64,000 nt of DNA, taken from contig NW_025964346.1 of assembly GCF_023055435.1 (NCBI RefSeq), forward strand, positions 2,418,001 to 2,482,000, read 5' to 3'. Of this stretch, positions 40,901 through 51,583 are shown piece by piece. The stretch comes from Haliotis rufescens (Eukaryota). How positions within the stretch are numbered: position 1 is the stretch's first letter; each line of letters opens with the position of its first letter. Both the position numbers and the translations under genes were made by a program. Under the pieces are notes generated by a model. The model ran no database searches and was not told the DNA's origin. It saw only the letters and a list, made by a program, of their open reading frames with translations.

Positions 40901-43900
40901 AATGCAGGTTTATAACCCGAACAACATGTAGACATAGCTCACCTTTCTGTACCATGTTATTGTACTGTAGACTACAATACTATAACAAATAACATGCTTC
41001 TACTACTAATGCAGGTTTATAACCCGAACAACATGTAGACATAGCTCACCTTTCTGTACCATGTTATTGTACTGTAGACTACAATACTATAACAAATAAC
41101 ATGCTTCTACTACTAATGCAGGTTTATAACCCGAACAACATGTAGACATAGCTCACCTTTCTGTACCATGTTATTGTACTGTAGACTACAATACTATAAC
41201 AAATAACATGCTTCTACTACTAATGCAGGTTTATAACCCGAACAACATGTAGACATAGCTCACCTTTCTGTACCATGTTATTGTACTGTAGACTACAATA
41301 CTATAACACATAACATGCTTCTACTACCAATGCAGGTTTATAACCCGAACAACATGTAGCTATAGCTCACCTTTCTGTACCATGTTATGGTACTGTAGAC
41401 TACAATACTATAACACATAACATGCTTCTACTACTACTGCTACCGCTACCAAGACTAACACTACGTCTGTTACTACGACTACTCACACAGCGTTTCACAT
41501 CGCAATGTATAAAACACAACATAAGAGAACACCGAACGGCACCTCACCACACCATACCACATATCGCACCACCGCACCACATCACACCGCACAACACCAC
41601 ACCGCACATACCACAGCACATACCACCACACCACACCGCACCACATCACACCGCACAACACCACACCGCACATACCACAGCACATACCACCGCACCACAC
41701 CGCACCACATCACATCGCACAACACCACACCGCACATACCACAGCACATACCACCACACCACACCGCACCATATCACACCGCACAACACCAAACCGCACA
41801 TACCACAGCACATACCACCACACAACACCGCACCACAGCACAATATTACCGCACCATACCACCGCACCGCACATACCACAACACCACCGCACAATCATAC
41901 CGCACGATACTACCTCACAGCACCACACCACAATACCACCGCCCATACTACCGCACCATACCACTGCCGCCATCGCGAATGCATGCTTCGCGACAGAGAT
42001 ATTGGTATCTCTTTGATCGCGATGTTTCCTGGGTAATCTTGACGATAACTGATAGATATCTGTCACGTTAATATCGCAAATGAACTAGTATGTATCTCCA
42101 ACAAAGAGATATCAATTACGAATGTATCGTTCTGACGTCGAGATAGCAAATATGCAAGGGTATTTCCAATAATATTATCATATTATCGCAGTAAAGGATT
42201 CGCTGGCTGAGGTCGAGATTGCAATATTGGTTGAAATAGCATACGAACGTCGAGATCGCAAAAACGGCGGAAAGAGCTCGCTGACATCGCGATCCCAATA
42301 ACGGCGGAAATAGCTCGCTAACGTTGAGATTCCAATAACGGTGGAAATAGCTCGCTCACGTTGAGATCCCAATAACGGTGGAAAGAGCTCGCTAACGTTG
42401 AGATTCCAATAACGGTGGAAAGAGCTCGCTAACGTTGAGATTCCAATAACGGTGGAAATAGCTCGCTCACGTTGAGATCCCAATAACGGCGGAAATAGCT
42501 CGCTAACGTTGAGATCCCAATAACGGCGGAAATAGCTCGCTAACGTTGAGATCCCAATAACGGTGGAAATAGCTCGCTAACGTTGAGATCCCAATAACGG
42601 CGGAAATAGCTCGCTAACGTTGAGATTCCAATAACGGTGGAAATAGCTCGCTCACGTTGAGATCCCAATAACGGCGGAAATAGCTCGCTAACGTTGAGAT
42701 CCCAATAACGGTGGAAAGAGCTCGCTCACGTTGAGATCCCAATAACGGTGGAAATAGCTCGCTCACGTTGAGATCCCAATAACGGCGGAAATAGCTCGCT
42801 AACGTTGAGATCCCAATAACGGTGGAAAGAGCTCGCTCACGTTGAGATGCCAATAACGGTGCAAATAGCTCTCTCACGTTGAGATCCCAATAACGGCGGA
42901 AATAGCTCGCTCACGTTGAGATCCCAATAACGGCGGAAATAGCTCGCTAACGTTGAGATCCCAATAACGGTGGAAAGAGCTCGCTCACGTTGAGATCCCA
43001 ATAACGGTGGAAATAGCTCGCTCACGTTGAGATCCCAATAACGGCGGAAATAGCTCGCTAACGTTGAGATCCCAATAACGGCGGAAAGAGCTCGCTAACG
43101 TTGAGATCCCAATAACGGCGGAAAGGGCTCACTAACGTTGAGATTCCAATAACGGCGGAAAGAGCTCGCTAACGTTGAGATCCCAATAACGGTGGTAAGA
43201 GCTCGCTAACGTCGAGATTCCAATAACGGCGGAAATAGCTCGCTAACGTTGAGATCCCAATAACGGTGGAAATAGCTCGCTAACGTTGAGATCCCAATAA
43301 CGGCGGAAAGAGCTCGCTAACGTTGAGATTCCAATAACGGCGGAAAAAGGTCGCTAACGTTGAGATTCCAATAAAGGCGGGAAAAGGTCGCTAACGTTGA
43401 GATTCCAATAAAGGCGGAAAAAGGTCGCTAACGTCGAGATTCCAATAAAGGCGGGAAAAGGTCGCTAACGTTGAGATTCCAATAACGGCGGAAAGAGCTC
43501 GCTAACGTCGAGATTCCAATAACGGCGGAATTAGGTCGCGAACGTTGAGATCCCAATAACGGCGGAAAGAGCTCGCTAACGTTGAGATCCCAATAACGGC
43601 GGAAATAGCTCGCTAACGTTGAGATCCCAATAACGGCGGAAGAAGTTTGCTAACGTTAAGATTCCAATAACGGCGGAAATAGCGCGTTGTTGTCGAGATT
43701 GAATAACGGCGGATATAGTTTGCAAACGTTGAGATCCCATTAACGGCGGAAATAGCTCGTTAAGTAATTATCTCAAGTATTAAACAGGCATATTATTTTC
43801 ACATGACCTTGGGAAACAATGTTTGATGGTGAAGTATAAGAACAAGTGTGATACCGCATAAACTCCCACCCCTTCATCACACCCATGATGGTGTTACACT

Positions 43901-45218
43901 GTCAGTCCAAACACAGTCACCAGTACTCTAGGGTCCGATTACCAATTTAGCCAGGAAGCTGGGGTAAGTAATATTACTCCCTTTTTAAGACGAACAAAAT
44001 AATTAATTTCGCGTCGTGTAAAGAAATCCTCAATTGAAAAAAAGAAGTTTCTCTTGTGAGTTAAATCACAAGCGTTTCTTGACAGAAAGGTAAACATCAT
44101 TAGTCAGACTGAAACAGCTGCCTAAAGCTATTGCCTACATATATAACCCGGATACCTGGAGGATCCTACGAATTTCTGTACTTGTGTTTCTTATTCATTA
44201 TTGAACCATACATTTTTGAACTTTTCGTCATTGAACAATTCGTCATTGAACAATTCGTCATTGAACAATTTGTTATTGAACAATTCGTTATTGAACCATT
44301 CGTTATTGAACAAATTATTCGGCCGAATGGATGTATATAGTTAATAGTCACAAAGACTTTGTAACTGCCTTAGTGTCGCCAAGAAACAACAGATGATTTC
44401 CTACCAACGTGCTCCAGACATCAGTTGTTCTTATACTTCCTTACTGACCTGTTTAACGTGGCTCTCGATGTCTTGTTCCGCCACTGGCTGTTCCCCCGAG
44501 GTGTTACCGTGGTTCTTGGTTACTTTTATGATGATGATGATGGTGATGGTGCCTAGGAGAACACCGTTCACGGCAATGGCAATAACTGCAGCGTATTTGG
44601 GTTTTCTCTGAAATGCAATAAACCACCAAATGAGAATCATGCTGTGTGTTGTCATGACACTCCTAGTGGCACAGGGAATATTGGAAACTTCAGACCAGCT
44701 TCAATGTAATGTTGTCACTATTTCAAAGAGTCCAGACAATGAAAATGGACATCCCTGACTGTAACAGTGAGAAGGCGACTAGAATATCTGGTTGCCTCAG
44801 CACAAGACACACTTGTCATTATATGACCACATTACATTCAGTTTGCAATCAATAATTGTTTCATTTTTAAAACAAACAAATCTACGAAACAGAAAAAGCG
44901 AAGAATATATGAATAGGATTCATTCTATAATAATAGACAATCAGACACCTTCGTATTTTTCAAAGATACACTATGAAACATACTAACATCCGGACGAATA
45001 TATCGGAGTGCTACATAATATCACGGAGTGCTACAGAATATCACAGAGAGTCACAGAATACCACAGAGCGTCACAGAATATCACAGAGCGTCACACACTA
45101 CCAACTAGGTGCAGAGGCAAAGCAAACTTATTTATGACACAAAGCGTTGAACCGTGATAGCGATCATAGTTACCCATTTCTTGATGAATGCTTGGAGGCA
45201 GTTCTCTGGTCGATCCAT
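22907..45218 (-). CDS. TNF superfamily ligand (TNF-2), type II membrane protein, ~249 aa, 6 coding exons
   Basis: complement(join(22907..23188,24030..24151,25271..25378,26206..26239,44449..44607,45174..45218)), canonical AG/GT and compatible phases. Protein: [44 protein letters not shown], ...[17 protein letters not shown]..., [33 protein letters not shown]. Joining the TM exon across an 18.2-kb intron is inferred from phase match and similarity to the TNF-3 TM exon. Confidence 0.85.
24213..24390 (-). mobile_element. tRNA-derived SINE family B, full length
   Basis: TSD TGGCAGTAGTGA at 24201 and 24391; tRNA-like head and (GTGA)n tail; lies in a TNF-2 intron. Confidence 0.92.
26318..27510. repeat. 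1.2-kb G-rich purine tract based on (GGGGA)n
   Basis: GGGGA pentamers punctuated by GTTGA, GTCAA and GTCGA. Confidence 0.95.
27700..28870 (-). mobile_element. Decayed L2/CR1-type LINE
   Basis: Minus strand near 28480-28520 encodes [13 protein letters not shown]; downstream QLKRLQRIQ; many stops. Confidence 0.7.
29660..30900 (-). mobile_element. Penelope-like retroelement relic
   Basis: [20 protein letters not shown] and RYI-type RT motifs; shares the flank CCCGTCACAAACACATGCAAA with the copy at 35860. Confidence 0.6.
31325..31870. repeat. 40-bp minisatellite x~13
   Basis: Unit GTGCGTATCAACGACTTTCTCATGTCAAACTCCAACTTGT. Confidence 0.95.
32760..33382. mobile_element. MITE-like element with ~64-bp terminal inverted repeats, containing a SINE B copy (33006-33174, +)
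   Basis: 32760-32823 is the near-exact reverse complement of 33319-33382; no coding capacity; no clear TSD. Confidence 0.75.
34200..34710. mobile_element. Non-autonomous interspersed repeat with internal ~180-bp duplication
   Basis: Repeated AAGGGCC(A/G)TAACTCT and GAGAAAACTTG motifs plus (GGAC)n, an arrangement common in molluscan non-autonomous DNA elements; class not determinable here. Confidence 0.45.
35024..35748. repeat. 24-bp minisatellite (CAAACAGTGTCAAAACAGTAAAAC) x~30
   Basis: Direct tandem copies; explains the KTVKPNSV ORFs. Confidence 0.95.
35860..36470 (-). mobile_element. Penelope-like retroelement relic
   Basis: [37 protein letters not shown] resembles the N-terminal part of Penelope-type RT. 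Confidence 0.6.
36643..37185. repeat. Local nested duplication (~330-bp period with ~90-bp subunits)
   Basis: AGCAGTAGGTAGGGCATTATTATCGAG at 36643 and 36972; TGCACTGTAGTTAGTTCTGTA repeated. Confidence 0.8.
37634..37900 (-). mobile_element. THAP-domain relic, probably from a DNA transposon
   Basis: [13 protein letters not shown]...LSVSAVPTM matches the THAP C-terminal C..HF...AVPT signature, with the Cys lost and a frameshift upstream. Confidence 0.5.
38425..38672. repeat. 15-bp minisatellite (TTATTGAACCATTCG)n; related array at 44195-44312
   Basis: Degenerate tandem copies at two sites within the same intron. Confidence 0.85.
40626..41430. repeat. 107-bp tandem repeat x~7.5
   Basis: CTTTCTGTACC recurs at 40729, 40836, 40943 and onward. 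Confidence 0.95.
41540..41965. repeat. (CCACA/CCGCA)n compound microsatellite
   Basis: Pentamer-based low-complexity tract. Confidence 0.9.
42245..43762. repeat. 37-bp satellite x~40
   Basis: Unit AACGTTGAGATCCCAATAACGGCGGAAATAGCTCGCT, homogeneous in the centre and decayed at the edges. Confidence 0.95.
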
Positions 45219-46332
45219 CCTGCGCCGTGTTGGGTCTGAAAGACAAGGACGTTACGCAGAAAGAACTGACTCAGTAGGATAAGCAGAAGCATTCCATCCA
45301 CTTTGAGCGAATTCATAAAACGATTCCTTCATTATTAAGAAACATGCACAAGTTGATAGTTTTTCGAATATTTTGTCTTGAAAATATACGCAAAATATAA
45401 AAATTGAGAAATGAAAAGCTTGATCATACATGTATGACCTTGACGACATGGAATAACACAAACGTGAAATAATCGTTTTCGACAACAAAACACTTGTGTA
45501 AACATAACTGAATCATTCTGTTCAGGAGAGACCACGAGCTCTAATACCCTAGCGCCTGGTGGACATACCATAATGTAACAAATGGACCCGTGACCAATGA
45601 AAGGAGAGTCGTTCTATTTCCTCTTTCAATTGACATGTACAATGAGATACCATGAATGAGTTACTTCCCTTTGTTAGGAAAACCCGCAAGCAAATATTGT
45701 ACACACCCGCATCCTGACTTACTTGGATCACGCTGACACAGCTAGTGTTCACTTTGTCCAAAAATAGGTCAAATAAACTAACAAACTACAGCCTCCAAAG
45801 TTGGCCTCATACTACCGGGCCGCCATGACCTCCACCATCTTGTTTACTGAATTAGGACATCAGAAAACACGACACGGGGTGTGTCATGTCAGTCATGTCA
45901 TGTCCTGATACTTCGAAGACAGAAGTAAACTGCTACTCAGGACACGAGCTCACCTTCACACACATCAAGTCACACACATTACATCACGCACATCACTTCA
46001 CACACCAGGGGGGTTCTGTCATGTCCCGGGCACGATTAGGTAAACAAAATACATGACTGAACTATAATTAATATACTTATTGTTTAGTTCTGAGCCTGGG
46101 TTGGCATCAAACCTTATATACAAAGACAACACACAGAGGGCGACGGGAGATCAAGTGTTCCGTGCTTCAGATATTCCGTAACCTGTAGTCCCAACACAAC
46201 ACACAGACTACATGTAGCTGGTGAAATAGATCGGGTTATGTCAGTCTGTCAGACAACTATTCTGTTAACACATTCACATCAGTTTCTTTGATAGGATAAT
46301 ATTTAAAATTTAAATGACACCATGATACTCAC

Positions 46333-46445
46333 GTTCTAAGGCGAAATACTGCTCTTATTAGCCCGTTACACGAGGTTGAACTGTTTCACTGTCAGTGGCG
46401 CTGAATGTACTTGTGTGACGTGATAACGCGTTACTATAAATAGAA
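46333..46445 (-). promoter_or_regulatory. Candidate core promoter and non-coding first exon of TNF-2
   Basis: Minus strand reads TATTTATA (TATA-like), TCACGTCA (CRE-like), CATTC about 30 nt after the TATA-like box, and a strong donor AC|GTGAGT at 46332. The ATG-bearing exon has its own acceptor at 45236, so an upstream exon is expected. Confidence 0.4.
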
Positions 46446-47371
46446 CAAGCTCTGCGGTTTTAGAGGGAAACGGCAGAATCCTAGTGATATAACTGCCAAC
46501 ACAATTAGTAGTGTGAAGCGCTTTCTCTCTTCGTGTGCACACTAGAAAAATGTCGCAGAAGACTTAATGAAGTCTCAGGAAAATCAAGTTTGTACAATTG
46601 TGTGTCATTTACGAATGTTGCAGTGTATGGCCCAGTGTGTATGTTGGTATCAAGGCCAGAGGCATCGATATTTTTTTTTTATAGGTAATATTTTATTGTC
46701 ATACGAACACATGTACTCGAGAGTGGCGCTGTTATATTCCTCATACTTTTTCCTGGTATGACAGATATTATTAAAAAAAATGTCAGCACCTGGATTGAAC
46801 AAGACAACATTGCAGCTACATCGATCAGACATTGCATGGAGGTGGAGTCGGCCCTATTGGGCGCATGTCATTGGCCCGACTCGTTTCAATAACATTGCAC
46901 GTCATATGCCGCGGTAAGCTGGAGCTCGGTAACATGAATACCAGACACTAATAGGTGTGCAGTGAGATGACCTACTTCTGCAGCCAGTTTGTGTGTGTCT
47001 ACTGGTGGATATCGGCAACGACGACGGACTCACAGCACTCAGACGGGCTCTCCCCGACCTGATTGTGCTCACCGTGATTATGTGTCCGTGTGCAGTAACT
47101 GCCGTCGGACCTGATCATGCAGACTGTGGGCGGAGCGCGATAAACACCTTGCTCGATCTGGGAACAGGATTAGACACGCCGCGTGTTTAAGCATGAATGT
47201 TATTTATACTTGTTTACCTGGAGACTGCATTTGACTGAACTGAACTGTATTTACATTCGGGTCGCTAGCAGACGTTAGTGTACAATTCAAGTATTGATTA
47301 TACAAATGTGTATGGAATAACAATAGTATAATATATTATACAGAATTCCAAGTCTTAGAGAAAACGATGAC

Positions 47372-47514
47372 AAGGGCGGATCCAGCATTTGTAAAATGGA
47401 GGGGTTCAAAATATCAAAATCCGCTCTCAGATTATTTACTACATACAACATATTACAACTGGTTTTCAAAAAGGGGGAGGGGACGGACCTCCTAGAACCC
47501 CCCAGGATCCGCCT
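47372..47514. mobile_element. Short MITE
   Basis: Inverted ends GGCGGATCC ... GGATCCGCC. Confidence 0.5.
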
Positions 47515-49039
47515 ATCAATGAGACTTTGCCACGAAACCGATACTGTTCTACTTGGCTTGTATTCATGTGTAACATGTATATGTGCGTTGAGGTTTCATT
47601 GTCATAGGGGTTATAGAGAAAACGTCCGCTGGTCAATTAGAGCGAACGGCCGCCGCGTTAGAGAAAACGTCCTTTGTACTTAGCGAAAACGTCCGATATG
47701 TTTAGAGAAAACGTCCACTGGTCATAAAATGACAAAAATACTTTGCACTTGTCTTAATAACATTTTGCCCTTATGTCTTAATTGAAGTTTGCACTTTGTC
47801 TTAATAAAAGTTTGCACTTTGTCTTGATAACATTTAGCACATGTCACATCTAGGTTTTACATCATTTGTCATTTACACGTCAATCACTGGTCCGTGCATC
47901 ATGCTGCACCTTGACAGTAGTTCACCAGCTGGGATATCATTGTTCTTGTAGAGTAGAGTCGCCACGCAGCAAAGACCAAACATTGATAACAACAATCCCA
48001 AGAACCCGAAAACAGCATGAAAATAATGTAACGTTTTTATTAACTCAGGTAACGTTTCAAACGATTTTCTGTTCCAAGTGTTTTCATTCAAAATAATCAA
48101 ACAAAACATGATCTTCAGCATTATTAAAACGTAAACTGCTGAACAAGATAGAAACATGAGTGTTCCACAAGAGAAACCTGTTCAAACTTACAATTTGAAG
48201 TGTCTTCTTAATTAATCAAAGGACAGCCACTTTGATCCTTAAATAACAAATACACTGTCAGTAATCTGCATTGCTGGAAATGGCAACATATACTAGAAAA
48301 TGATTCACCAATACAAACATGCAACAATATAACCATATACCATTTTCCAGAATAAACTCCAACATCATATTCTACGGTAGGCTTGTTTATCATTGTAGTA
48401 AGGTTTGGTTTTAATATATGTTGTTGCGGAAAATCATATGGATGAGGCACAAGTGACACTTACGAGGCCTTCTCCTATATACATTGCTTTGCAATGTAAT
48501 ATGTGAAAAATGGTTGTGCAGAATAAATGTACAGGGAATAGGAATTATATACAAGTAATGAGAAAATATAATAACACACACATATTCATATATATACAGT
48601 ATCACACACAAACACATATACCTACATACACTCACATATACATATACACGCGCATACACATATACATATGATAAATCTATGTTTATATATATAATTTTGG
48701 TATACAATGGTACATTTGGGAAGGAGATTTAATATATTTATATCATAACACAGTAGTTAATGGACTTATAGACATTTTTAATTTATATGAAGGGCGGGAA
48801 ATATAGAATATATCTAAGCTGTGATGATTACAGTGAATGCTACTGTTTTACATAAAAAACAGAGTTATAAAGAATACCAAAACTAATAAAAAAAAATATA
48901 AAAAAATATTAAAATATAACTATGACTTTTTGTATTGAAACAACCATGTATTAAATATGCAGGTCACATGTAAAATCAAGATAGTTTGGAAGTAGCTCAT
49001 GAAATATAATTCTTGTTACATCAGATACAATTAAAAATG

Positions 49040-49680
49040 TGTTTTAAAACCTGTTTGTTCCTACAATGAATTGATGGACATATTTAAATATTAGGTTATT
49101 TTGTTCTTCGGATAGATTTTTGTTACCACTAAGAATTGTTTCTAAATTTGGTTGAGTCCCTATATTCCTAATGTTGAGAAACAACGATTGTCTTATTAAA
49201 CAATATTTTTTACATTCAAGAAAATAGTGAAAAGCATTTTCGCATGGGGAACCGCAAGGGCAAGAAGTAGTGTCTGACAAATTAACCCCAAATACATCAT
49301 CATTTAGATTGCTACATCTATGTCGAAGTTTTGTGCGGATAATATTAATTTGACGCTTTTCATAACTGAAATAATATGGAGATTTCATAACATTTGGATA
49401 ATTTTGTGTTTTTAATTCAGCTACAGTGATACTTTTTTAACATTTTTGTTTTGTGAATCCCATTGTAATAAATTGTCTATTATAAATGATTTCTGAAATG
49501 TACTTGTTCTGGCAAAAGGTACAGTCATGTTCTGTTTGTTACGTAGGTTATAATATGAAGCAGCTGATCTATTGTTGGGTAACAAATCATTTAGACATTC
49601 ATTTATAGCAGAAAGGTAACATCTATCTGGTGTAATGTGGCAGTGTAATGTATTGTTAAAGAATGAGTGTAGCTGCATTA
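49040..49680 (-). mobile_element. CR1-type LINE 3' end
   Basis: YNLRN..VPFARTSTFQKSFI and CPCGSPCENAFHYFLECKKY, typical C-terminal motifs of LINE ORF2. Confidence 0.75.
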
Positions 49681-49919
49681 CACTGTTTCTGTTCAGATTC
49701 AGTAGAAGCTCATTGCATTGTATTTGGACTATGATTAGTTGTCAGGAATGTAGAACTACTTAATGTCAGCAGTTGTGAGTAAGTCTTTGAAAGACATTTA
49801 GAAGTAATAAACATAACGAAAAGAATCTATGGATGTAAACTTCTTTATTATGAGGAACACAACGTTTCGGAGTATATACTTATTCTTTCATCGGTAGAAT
49901 AAATTATATGAAGCAGTAA

Positions 49920-49923
<4 letters not shown>

Positions 49924-49995
<72 letters not shown>
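49924..49995. repeat. (TA)n microsatellite
   Basis: About 36 perfect TA units. Confidence 0.98.
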
Positions 49996-49998
<3 letters not shown>

Positions 49999-51194
49999 GT
50001 AAGAAAAACAAAAGTAGTATGATAGTAAGATAACAAAGGTGGAAACTTAACAAGGGCAGCCAACAGATAATTGGCGCTGAAAGGTGATTAGCAATGGACA
50101 AAGGGAAGCCAACACTTAACGAAGTGGTGAGAAAGTTACAATATTTAGATGCTACCGGAAACGCCTGGACTGAAGAGAATATTCTGGAAGGTGTCTGGGC
50201 TATATAAGAGGACGAAGACGTGCCTATATCATCTCACATTTCATCTGACATTACATCAAGACCAGCGGTTGTGTGAAGAGCACTTCTCACCCCGGGTTCC
50301 CAGCCTAAGCCTATCTCGGATGCTTGACCATTATTGTGGATATTGTTATCACTGAACGTTTAACTGTCACCACTGCCATCCTATGTTGTATTTGATACTG
50401 CCATTGCATACTGCGATTGTAATTGATGTGTAGTCATGTGTATTGAATTGTAAACCTAGTTAATTGTGTAATTAAATTGTTGATGGTATACCACGTGTCG
50501 GTTGTTTGTTGGTTTCACACTAAATTCTTTTAGGTACAGATTTATGTTCCCATTTGGGAATCTACATCTAACACTAGCCAGGCCTTCGAAGCTGCTTTCA
50601 AGACAAACTGAAATAAGACATATATTCTGCTTTGTCTTTCCAACAAAACCCGACCCAATACACGTAATTCTAATTATTTTCAAATCTGTCATATTCAGCT
50701 ATAAATCCACTAAGCGTAAACCAAGTTTCTGGTTCTTGCAGCAAGAACTCAACTCTGTCCTCACATGTTCAACCATCTTAGGTTCCTGATTTCACTACTT
50801 TTATCAATGCCGGTTATTGTGTCATAACATATTTACTGGCAATTGGCATGTCAACACTTAGCTCAAGTATCATTATTGCAATTGTCATGTAAAATATAAT
50901 AAAATAAATAAAAACTGCTAAAAAAATAGAAGTGAAAAATGTAATGCTTGTAGAAACTGTAAATGCTCAGAATGTAAGACATCTCAATGTAACACCTCCA
51001 GCTGGCTCTGTATGCAAATGAAATGATTGACTTTTGTTTTCAGTTCACTTCAAATACCCAACTCTTCCTCTAATCACATCTTATCAACACATGAAAACTC
51101 CACGTTGGCCCTGATTGATTTACAAGCAACTGAAGACTTATTTATGAACTTCGTAAACGTTTGTGATGAGCAACTGAAGTTCTGGTGAGTAATT

Positions 51195-51341
51195 GAGTGA
51201 GTTTGGTTTTACGCCGCTTTTGGCAATATGCCAGCAATATTCTAGGCACACCAGAAATGAGCTTGTACCCATGTTGGGATTCGAACCCGGGTCTTCAGCT
51301 TGACGAGGGAAAGCTTAACCACTGGGCTACCCCATCGCCCC
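51195..51341 (-). mobile_element. tRNA-derived SINE family B, diverged
   Basis: GAGTGAGT tail, family B body, GGGATTCGAACCC B box reverse complement. Confidence 0.8.
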
Positions 51342-51402
51342 GACAACGTGGTAAGTACACCATCAGTCTGTACTACTTGATGAAACAACAACAGATGTAT
51401 GT

Positions 51403-51556
51403 GGGCAGCCAAGTGGTGAAAGGGTCCTCTCGTCACGGCGGAGACCCGGGTTCGATCCCCATCTGAAGAAAATGTGTGGAGTCCATTTATGATGACCCCT
51501 CACCGTGATATTTCTGGAATATTGCTTAACGCGGCGTAAAACCACACTCACTCACT
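51403..51556 (+). mobile_element. tRNA-derived SINE family B, diverged
   Basis: B box GGTTCGATCCC, GGAATATTGC..GCGGCGTAAAACC and (CACT)n tail. Confidence 0.8.
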
Positions 51557-51583
51557 CCCTGACAACGGCAGTGGGGTTGTATG

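Noticed and set aside
42245-43762. 37-bp repeats of CRISPR-like length
   Set aside because: Units are contiguous with no unique spacers, there are no cas genes, and the context is eukaryotic.
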